The position numbers were made by a program, and so were the translations under genes. A stretch of 64,000 nt of DNA from Epithemia pelagica (taxonomy: Eukaryota; Protista; Bacillariophyta): contig OX337238.1 in assembly GCA_946965045.2 (NCBI GenBank), positions 1,426,001-1,490,000 of the forward strand, read 5' to 3'. Position 1 is the first letter of the stretch; every line of letters begins with the position of its first letter. The notes beneath the pieces were generated by a model. The model was given only the letters and a program-made list of their open reading frames with translations. It was not told the origin of the DNA and made no database searches. Shown here in pieces: positions 1 to 8,354 of the stretch.

Positions 1-152
1 ACTTCCGCATATATGTTTTGTATTTCAGTGATTGTTGTTTCTTTTGCATGGAAGGTACGCAAGTGGCGTGTCACAGAATCCATGTCCGAGTATTCTTCGC
101 GATCCCCGAGATGATCTTTCTTGCGCTTTCTGGTACGACGGAAACTTGCCAT
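1..152 (-). CDS. 5' end of the nuclease-kinase gene, upstream copy (partial at window edge)
   Basis: Identical to 8203-8354, the first ~50 codons of the 789-aa ORF. Confidence 0.85.
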   Translation of the reverse strand, partial: MASFRRTRKRKKDHLGDREEYSDMDSVTRHLRTFHAKETTITEIQNIYAE

Positions 153-204
153 TGTTGCTCTCGTGTCCTGACCAATCTGCTGTGTCGTTTATGACAACCC
201 AACG

Positions 205-253
205 CCACCACCCAACCCCCCCAACTAGTCCACCCCCAACTCCTCCACCCCCC
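205..253 (-). other. G-tract cluster with G-quadruplex potential upstream of the nuclease-kinase ATG (in every unit)
   Basis: Minus strand reads GGGGGGtggaggagttGGGGGtggactagttGGGGGGGttGGGtggtgg, about 50-100 nt upstream of the ATG at 152. Confidence 0.45.
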
Positions 254-1097
254 AAATAAATCTTGGTGTCTTCTCCGTTGCGCTCGTCGTTCGCCGTCGT
301 TCGTGGGTAGAGGTACCCCCTAGCATAAGGGGGTCTCCAGGTTAATCGTACTCAGATTACACCCATACCCATTCACGAGCAGGACTCACGCCTCTGCTAG
401 GGGTAATGGCATGGCCGGCGTGGTGGTTGACACGCGTCGTCGTGATGATATGGAGTGTGTGGGCAGGTGCGTGCACCCGGGATTCCCTGATACGACTCCA
501 ATTCAGGAATACAACGTCACCCAGACCCGGGTTTTTCTTTCATGTTCGACGAGAAATTCTATCGGAGCTCTAGCTAACCTTACGCCTCATCCCAGCTCTA
601 GAGCAATATCCTCCGAAACTCTATCTGGCACTCTCTATTCTACCTCCATACTTACCCCCAAGCGGAAGGGCGAGCGAGAATTCAGTGCGCATTCTCATAC
701 TCACCCCCAAGGCGCGATCCGCAAAATCGGCGATTTTCGCCGTCTTTGACAAAAAATCACAACAACAACAACGCAATCACTACGATACGGATCTTGTTGC
801 GGTTGTTACAACACCCATGGGCCCTCCCCATCCGACCCGAGTTGTTTGCCCTGTCCATAGCAACCCAAGGGACCATCCTGGCGTGGAAACCGACCACTCC
901 GACCTGCTGATTCCAGTTACATCTCAGTACCAAGACACTGCAATGGGAAGCAACAACAACCCGAATGAAAACCATCCATCCGACACCCTCCCAATCCCAC
1001 CCGTGTTGTTGATACTATCTCTACCCACCTCATGGACCGTCCTGGCCTGGAAACCAACCCGTCGGCGCTACACGAGGCCATCAACTCCGCTTTCCGT

Positions 1098-1642
1098 TGT
1101 TAGGATTCTCACCAAAAACTAGGTGGCGAAACCTAAGGTACAACTCTCATCGAATGATGCTAGTATTTTATGGCATCCGTGTTAGAATTCTCACCGTCTA
1201 TGGTGGTTAGATTCTACATCTCATCGATTCCCCATGTCACATAGCCTCATGCTATCGCATCATGCCATCTAGCTTCGAGCTATGTTCCCTAGCTTCGCGC
1301 TATATCGACCTATATTTCTTCGCAAATCATGAAAAGTAAGAATAGATTGACGAACTCACTCTCAAGACTAAACTGGGTCGTGCGGTATTACAACGGACGT
1401 AAATTTGGCCGTTGCTCGGACATTATACTAACGCCCTAAGCGTACGCGCCCGAAATCATCGAGCGCGCCCAAGCGACATCCGATGGCCTTGATACTACTC
1501 CCAGCTAAAAGCTAAAGGTATAAGGTGGAATTCAAACTTCGAACCCCAGGAACGTACGTCATTCCCTTCCTCCAAGTCTAGGCACTGTGGTCAACGAGTT
1601 TTGTGTTGTGAGAATGATTCACCTGTGGTGAGAAACCAAACA
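1098..1642. mobile_element. Element A: solo-LTR-like/TIR element, interrupted and partly deleted in the units (also +8202n)
   Basis: Left end TGTTAGGATTCTCACCA; right end TGGTGAGAAACC(A/T)AACA, an inverted repeat of about 17 bp. Uninterrupted version at 50309-50855. No target-site duplication found. Confidence 0.55.
1180..1478 (+). mobile_element. Element B: 299-bp TG...CA solo-LTR-like insertion nested in element A (also 9382-9680, 17584-17882, 25786-26084, 33988-34286, 42190-42488)
   Basis: TGTTAG...GCGACA flanked by TCCG/TCCG. The empty site ggcaTCCGatg is present at 50383-50393. Homologous to the first ~300 nt of element C on the minus strand. Confidence 0.65.
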
Positions 1643-1868
1643 ACAACGACTGTGCGAGTTCCTGGAATGGTATCATGACCAACGCGCATGTCAAACGCTG
1701 AACCGAAAACGCCACCACGTAGAAGGTCTAACGCAGTGGGATACTTGGTTGGTCATGAGAACTACCAGCACACGTCTCGATGGCATGTCATGGAGCGATT
1801 CATCGTCCAGTTACGTTCATCGATGGTCCTCTCCGGGGAGAAACCATTGCTGCGCAAGGGTACCAACT

Positions 1869-2634
1869 TAGTAGAATTCCGTCAGTACACGCTCTAGAAG
1901 AGCCACAATCGATTACCAACTGATACCAAGGTTCTCCACGGGTCAGAGAACAAAGGAAACCCAAGGGTTCTATCGTAGGGATAGTCAGGACACTGAAGAC
2001 GTGATGATATGGTAATGTTAATGATTGTGAGCTTACTACTAGGTTTGGTGTGTGAGGTTTCCATTCTTGTTGTCGATCGTGTGAAATAGGTTCTTGGCGG
2101 TGATAGGACTGGAATGGTTGGAGTTGATGTATGTGAGGTATATAACATGTATATGTGCTTGTATATCATATACAGCCTCAACGATTCTTGGCTAAAGTTG
2201 GTATATGTAGTTTTGTTGGCGCGTCCTTGTTCGCAATCTTGAAATAGTGGGAACGATGATGTGGTCCCGTGTGATCGTGATTCGAGCCTTGTGTACTTAG
2301 ACCGTTGGGTCGGATACATGATCGCCACGCTCTGATAGTTCTTGCGCGCATCTTGACGAATTTGGGCGCGCACGCTTAGGGCATAGGTCAGGCTCGGATG
2401 TTCAACCGATGATCATCCGTTGATGGGATATCAAGACCAAAGTTGATTCTTGATAGCACGTTTGTCAATCTGTTCTCACTTTTTGGTATATGCGACCGAA
2501 ATATAGGTTGAGCTAGCGCAAAGCTAGGTATGTAGTGTGGATGTAGGTGATGTAGGTGATGTTTGAAGCCACGGGACTCGACTAACCGATGAGGTGCCGA
2601 ACCTAACCGATGATTTTCGGTGAGAGTTCTACTA
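1869..2634 (-). mobile_element. Element C: 766-bp solo LTR-like element with TA...TA ends and a 5-bp TSD (also 10071-10836, 18273-19038, 26475-27240, 34677-35442, 42879-43644)
   Basis: CAACT|TAGTAGAATTC...GAGTTCTACTA|CAACT. The paralogous flank near 51075-51090 has a single CAACT (empty site). Confidence 0.8.
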
Positions 2635-3402
2635 CAACTGATTTGGAGGATGCCATTGTCGTACCAAAACTACATTTGGTGTGGAGACGTGTAGTGCGCG
2701 CAAGCCGATGGAGCTCACGCAGAAGCGTAGTTGGACATGCCTCTGTTGTATTCGACCGAGGGCAGTTCCGCTACCGTGGTGCATGTCTCTCTCGTTTGCC
2801 CTTGCACGGGCATAGAGGTGGACGGCGATACATGGTTTTCACGGTTTGTGGAGGACACACAATGTGAAGAGTCGAATACGATTTCACTCTTGTGGGGAAA
2901 ATTCCCTTGAGCAGAGTGGTCCTTCTACTACAGTAGAGCAAGTCGAGAAGTGTTGGGAACAAAGCGTACCCTTTCACCACGAGACTCGGGTCATAGGTTA
3001 TCAAGGTAGGTAGTTGATTCCTAGTTGAGAGCCAACAATTTTCCACCTCCCAATTGGTCGAGCAAATCCACAGATCCTCGATTGAATATAAAATGTCCTT
3101 TCCAAAGACCGAATCTGGTATCATGTGTCGCTCACAGTTTCAGTACACAGCAAATAGGGAGTACACAGCAACCTGGAATGCTACCTCTCTTCCTCTTTCG
3201 TTTTGCCACGCAGTCTCGTCGTGTATCGCCTACAGCGAAAGATACTTCTTGGGGCTTGTCATGTAGTCTATGTGCGATTGACTCACCTGCACCATCGTAC
3301 GCATGACAGGCACACCTTGCTCTTCCACGCGTTGCTGTCTATTAGATTGTACAGACTCTCTCGTGCTGCCATTTCTTGTCGACGTTGTAAAGCGCCGTGA
3401 CC

Positions 3403-4622
3403 ATGCCCACGACATTGAAAGACCAAGCATGGCAGTCGGGCCTTGTCCTGTTGAACGAGACACCAGAGTGAAATCTAAATGACTGGACTCCTCTTGTGGG
3501 TGGATGGCGTTTGCGTCATGCTTCTGTCGTACATGATCATCCTGATCAGGACATGAACAACCACAACAACAACAACAAGAGACAAACGGTCGTCGTGTTG
3601 GGAGGAATCGACGAAGGATATTATAGTACCAATTCCGTTCTGGTCCTAAATTTATCAGAATTGGACAAACAGTGGCGAGAAGGGCCACCAATAAACAAGG
3701 CACGTTGTGGACACGCCGCTGTTGTGTGCAACGGAGGCGTCTACGTGATAGGAGGATACCATGACAATGAAGACAATGACGCAACTGCTACTTTAGGTTT
3801 CATGGAAAGAATTGATGCCAACGATATGCTGCAATCATTTTCGACAACAAGAAGCACATATGAGAGCCATTGAACGACATTAAATTGCCGATTATCAACG
3901 GAACGACAAGGATGTTGTGCTGTTGTGGTTCACAATCGATATATTGTGGTAATGGGTGGAAGGAACAGCGGGCAACACTTATGGTCGGTGGATGTAATTG
4001 ATGCCAGTACTCACACTGTCGCTGCAGCGCCATGCATGAACGTTACTCGATCAAATTTTGCCAGTGCGGTCATTGGTCACTGTATCTTAGTCGCTGGAGG
4101 CCAAAACGATGAGGGAAGACATGATTCCGTGGAGTATTTGGACTTCGCGGAGGAGAGGAAAGACGACACTTTGACTACAGTCATTTCCTTCTCGTCAACA
4201 TGGATGACTCATTGCTCTCCATTGCACAAGGGTGTTGTGGAATGGTTGCCGTGGGATCTTGTCTGGTTGTGGCGGGAGTAGAATCTCGAAGGGTGCAAGT
4301 CTTGGATACGCACCGCAACCGCATGTGGAATCTCCCGCGATTAAGAAATGATGCTCTAAGCCGTGGTATGGTGGCTGCTGTTGATCGAATTGCCGTGATT
4401 GGTGGATGGGGCTATCCGTCCTGTGGGACATTACCACTTATGGATAGGAATTCGTGGTGTTTTCGTCAACTCTGTCAGCAGCAACCCAGCGGATGGTATC
4501 ATTTTCGGGAAGGAATGGATACCCAACATGGTGATATTTTACCCTTGTCCAAATCGACCTCAGCTCGTAAACGCGCAAGGCCCAATACGCTCCGTGGTGA
4601 TGAAGGGAAGGATGAAGCCTAG
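3403..4622 (+). pseudogene. Kelch-repeat protein pseudogene, unit 1
   Basis: Kelch blades (VVVLGG, VYVIGG, IVVMGG, ILVAGG, IAVIGG, GHAAVV). In-frame TGA at 3469-3471 and 3871-3873, and a 10-bp deletion near 4213 relative to the paralog at ~59.9 kb. Confidence 0.85.
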
Positions 4623-5340
4623 ACGTTTTGTTTAAGTCGTTGACTTGTTTTCAATGTTCGATTGCAATCGTAGAACCTAGTAAGTGGCTACTCAAAAGAA
4701 GAAAGAACACGTTGCAAGATAGAATGTATTTGTTTGTTATCAAAGGCGTGGAAGGAATGACCCAGCTTTGTGTGTCTACAAGTGGTACTGCGCTTTGGTG
4801 GCCTTACCTGTGGTGACCTGACAGTTGTGGGACAGAGCCACCACCGTGGTGGTGCGGGTCGTGAGACAAGAATCGGGGGCGTTGTGGTGGCACTTTGCAG
4901 GACAAAGTCATTGTCCAAACACAGAGTCATTGTCCATGGATCGGTAGACGCCAGAATCCGACAGTGGTGGTGAATTCCAGAAAGGAAGAGTTTTGTATAA
5001 ATGTCGTAGTCAAGGACAATCCGCCATTTTGTGTCCATTACGATTTTGCAGGAGTGCCGAGTTCTATTCTTGTTCGTGACAGGGCAGTTCCATACCTGTT
5101 TCTAGACATGGTGGTTGCTAGGATTGTCATGGGGGTTCCGTCCTGTCGTTTCTTGGTGGCATGTGATGCTGCTGCTACGACACAAGTTTTGCTGTTGACC
5201 ACGACCAATCATCTGTCATACCACCCAAACAATATATACTGGAAGACGGTGGAGGAAGACACTCCGCAGTGGTCGGTAGCGGTAGTATTGGTGGACTTTG
5301 TGTCTACTGGGTTAAGTCAGAACTTCTTTCCGCCACATAT

Positions 5341-5650
5341 GGGTGGGGCGACGCCAATGCGGAACCGGGGGAATATTGTGGTGGGGGATAGGTGGTCCCG
5401 GTCGCTTTGGCAAAGCAGTCCCATTTCGCATCATCCTTCACAATGGCATTCCAGTCCAAGCGGGGAAAGGATTTGGTCATGTACTCTTTGATTTCCGGTC
5501 CCGTGGTGAGGGACCAGATTTTGTGATTGGGTCGCGTAATGATATTGGCCGGTCGAATCAAAGTGGGATCCTTGACGTGCAAGAGTCCCAAACTCAACCC
5601 TTGGTCGCCGGTATTGACGGATCGAAATCGAATGACAGAGGTCATAAGTA
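5341..5650 (-). pseudogene. Internal fragment of a FAD monooxygenase, paralog of 56580-58472 (also 13543-13852, 21745-22054, 29947-30256, 38149-38458, 46350-46659)
   Basis: Translates SVNTGDQGLSLGLL(H/P)VKDPTLIRPANIITRPNHKIWSLTTGP...PQYSPGSA, matching about 57635-57931. Lacks the GxGxxG and GD motifs. Confidence 0.9.
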
Positions 5651-5984
5651 TTAATCGAGCATTATACGTTATATGCATGGAATACTGAATTCTGTGACGC
5701 CGCAGAGTGTGTTGGCGCAAGTAGCAAAGGTTTTTCTTTCAATTACGAGTATCATACAAGATAACGAATTGAAGATGCCTTCTTCAAGAATGCTGCACTG
5801 CGGAATGGTACTCCTAGATATAAAACTAATAGTAGCAACAGAACCCAATCCAACTACTCTAGTGGCACTATTGCATCTAGCATATCCCCCCTTGCCAATA
5901 CATGTTCCGAGTCGACGGGTCGATTTCCCCCGTTTCCGTCAGGATGGGTTTGTTGGGTTCTACCCATCAAAGATTTTTCAAGAA

Positions 5985-8354
5985 TCATGCAGTGTTGAGA
6001 ATTGAACCGGCCGTCTTCAAAAATTTTGCACTGCGCTCATTCCGGACGGTCAAGTTCAAGGCTCTCAACGATTTCATGGTTTGCTCGCGACGATCTAAAA
6101 AGCACGTAGTATCAGGGTTTCGCTCATAGAACCCTTGCCAAGGAATCGGCACACCTGTGCTCAAGGCACAAATGGTAAACAGCAATGATGCGGTATCGTG
6201 TTTCGGCATGGGACGCCAAGCCGTCCTGTTCCGCTTTTGGTGCACTTCTCGATGGGCAAATGCAAGGCTGCCTCGAAAACCCATGGCTTTTTCACCAACC
6301 CCATAAACTGAGCAACCCCAGTCAATGAGGACAAACTTTTTACATTTTTTGTCAAAAATGATGTTTCGAGCACAGACATCCAAATGGAAGACATTCCGTC
6401 CATGCGCAAAGTCCAAAGCAGACTGGATATCTGTGTATAGGCACTGCAGTTGCTCCTTATCAAGCTTGCCGTTCACGAGGGATCCTTTTGGTGAGAACGT
6501 GAAGGCAGGGACGTTGATCGTAGTTCCTCGAATCGTGTAGCAGATGCTTCCGAAGTCTTTAAGCACTGGAATCGACGGTCGATCGGAGTCAGGTTTTTCG
6601 TTAAGAGCCCTCAGAGCTCTCAGCTCCCTTTCGATGTATTGAACCTCCCCCACGACGGAAGATTTCACTACGAAGTTCTCATTTTTTGTTCCTCTGTTTT
6701 CCACCTCCTTTCCTTGGTACACAATCCCATGCGTTCCGTATCCAATGACATCATGAAGTTCTAGCGGCTGTACCTGTGCAACATGTGTAGATTGATTGTG
6801 CACATGGTAGGTGGCATTTGCTGCCGAGTCTCCACCGAAGAACTGCAACCCAAGAACTTTGTCGTCTGAACAAACCAGTCTGAACAGCTCCTGCATCCCG
6901 ACCGGCACAGACGTATTGTTGGCAGGAAAAGGACAAGAGGCATTTCTCGTTAGATATTTTTGGTCGCCCTCTTTTGTGACAAACTTCTTCAAGGCAACTT
7001 CCGAAACCAAGGGGAGAATTCCAGATCGCTCGACATCCAGGGACACGTCGCCGGTGTCCATTCCTGACAAGGTCATTGTTATCACCTCCAAATAAACCGG
7101 AGTGATAGCCAGAGCAATGGACTTGAGATTAATACCCACTCCACCAAGATTGAAGGCAACAAGAGTCCGCTTCGCCAGATGACCTACGCATTGATGAATG
7201 GCCTCCTTATGTGTGTCTTGGGGTTTTTTCGTCCCGCGTCTAACGTTTTTGGCTTCCACAAGTAATGACATTTCATGAGCAAGAAGATAAGGATTGAAAG
7301 CCATGAGCTGATTGACTTCATAGTCCACAAATCGCTTGGTACCATAACTACCCGTTTTTGGAATATAGCGCTCCTTTCGCACATCGGATCGAACCGCCGG
7401 CTCCAATGTGTATTTGACACGCTCCTGTTGCCATGCCGGCACCGCTGCTGCTGGCACCGCGACATCCTGCTCGATTCCGTCTTCCTCGTCCGCCGTTTTC
7501 TCGGCAGTGCCGATGAGTGACAAGGCTCGAAACAGACACGCTAGGATAGGCTGTACCGCATTCTTCTCCGCTGATGAGTAGGATGGAAACGTGCATTTGC
7601 ATTTCTTGTCTGCCGCCTGAGTGTTCCATCCGAGAATGTGGCTGACAGTCCTGCTGATTTGTGCGCTTGTTGGGTTCTCGTTGATATTTGACTGTTTCAT
7701 GGTGTCATTCCAAAAGGAGGCAAACTTAAGCAAATTTGCAGGTTGCGTGTCTTGTTTCGGAGGGGCTTTAACAGCGGCGAGATGTTTTTCGGCCATCTGT
7801 TGTTTACTGCCAGGGCTGTTGATGTGAACACCCCTCATCATGTACTCAAAATGCTCTTTGGTGCAGTCATCCTCGGTTGCAATGACGGCTGAGTTTATCT
7901 CTGTTTTGTTTGCAAAATCAGCCATGGTCTTGAGGTCGTCGCTCACTCCTGAGAACTTCTTCATGGTCGTTTCTAGTGGCTCGGCAACGTCGTTAAACAG
8001 AAAAAGATGTAAAGCCCAATAATCAGGGTAACCATCATCACTTGAAAAACTTTGCAACTTTTGGATATGCAAATTGGGGAACCGAGCTTTTAGACTGTTT
8101 AGATTTCTCCCCGAGAGGAACTCCTCGAGACTTGTTCTTTGTCCTTCGTCCACCTCGTTTCGTCCAGATGCAAGTCCAAAAACCACGCGAAGGTGAAGGC
8201 GGACTTCCGCATATATGTTTTGTATTTCAGTGATTGTTGTTTCTTTTGCATGGAAGGTACGCAAGTGGCGTGTCACAGAATCCATGTCCGAGTATTCTTC
8301 GCGATCCCCGAGATGATCTTTCTTGCGCTTTCTGGTACGACGGAAACTTGCCAT
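5985..8354 (-). CDS. 789-aa PD-(D/E)XK nuclease-like + atypical protein kinase fusion (Crinkler/Spok-like architecture), unit 1
   Basis: Kinase motifs IGYGTHGIVY (537-546), VVK564, E577, HLDVCARN (657-664) and IDWG (677-680). Nuclease-like E328...D344...E367AK369...Q388 pattern. Basic N-terminus RRTRKRKK. Confidence 0.9.
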   Translation of the reverse strand: MASFRRTRKRKKDHLGDREEYSDMDSVTRHLRTFHAKETTITEIQNIYAEVRLHLRVVFGLASGRNEVDEGQRTSLEEFLSGRNLNSLKARFPNLHIQKLQSFSSDDGYPDYWALHLFLFNDVAEPLETTMKKFSGVSDDLKTMADFANKTEINSAVIATEDDCTKEHFEYMMRGVHINSPGSKQQMAEKHLAAVKAPPKQDTQPANLLKFASFWNDTMKQSNINENPTSAQISRTVSHILGWNTQAADKKCKCTFPSYSSAEKNAVQPILACLFRALSLIGTAEKTADEEDGIEQDVAVPAAAVPAWQQERVKYTLEPAVRSDVRKERYIPKTGSYGTKRFVDYEVNQLMAFNPYLLAHEMSLLVEAKNVRRGTKKPQDTHKEAIHQCVGHLAKRTLVAFNLGGVGINLKSIALAITPVYLEVITMTLSGMDTGDVSLDVERSGILPLVSEVALKKFVTKEGDQKYLTRNASCPFPANNTSVPVGMQELFRLVCSDDKVLGLQFFGGDSAANATYHVHNQSTHVAQVQPLELHDVIGYGTHGIVYQGKEVENRGTKNENFVVKSSVVGEVQYIERELRALRALNEKPDSDRPSIPVLKDFGSICYTIRGTTINVPAFTFSPKGSLVNGKLDKEQLQCLYTDIQSALDFAHGRNVFHLDVCARNIIFDKKCKKFVLIDWGCSVYGVGEKAMGFRGSLAFAHREVHQKRNRTAWRPMPKHDTASLLFTICALSTGVPIPWQGFYERNPDTTCFLDRREQTMKSLRALNLTVRNERSAKFLKTAGSILNTA

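Noticed and set aside
1668-1675. TGGTATCA resembling a tRNA-iMet primer-binding site
   Set aside because: Only an 8-nt match, 25 bp from the element A end instead of adjacent, and no gag-pol follows.
1894-2373. 159-aa minus-strand ORF
   Set aside because: Lies wholly inside the solo-LTR-like element C and has no recognisable domain.
3469-3873. UGA-to-Trp recoding suggested by two TGA codons at Trp-like positions in Kelch
   Set aside because: TGG encodes Trp throughout, TGA terminates the MFS and kinase genes, and the Kelch copy is also frameshifted.
4895-5491. 198-aa plus-strand ORF in each unit
   Set aside because: It spans intergenic DNA and the antisense monooxygenase fragment across a deletion junction, and is not conserved in the flank paralog.
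5880-5987. Open-looking codons and small hairpins beyond the kinase stop (read-through or Helitron 3' end)
   Set aside because: A second TGA follows 6 codons later, and there is no CTRR terminus at the module junction.
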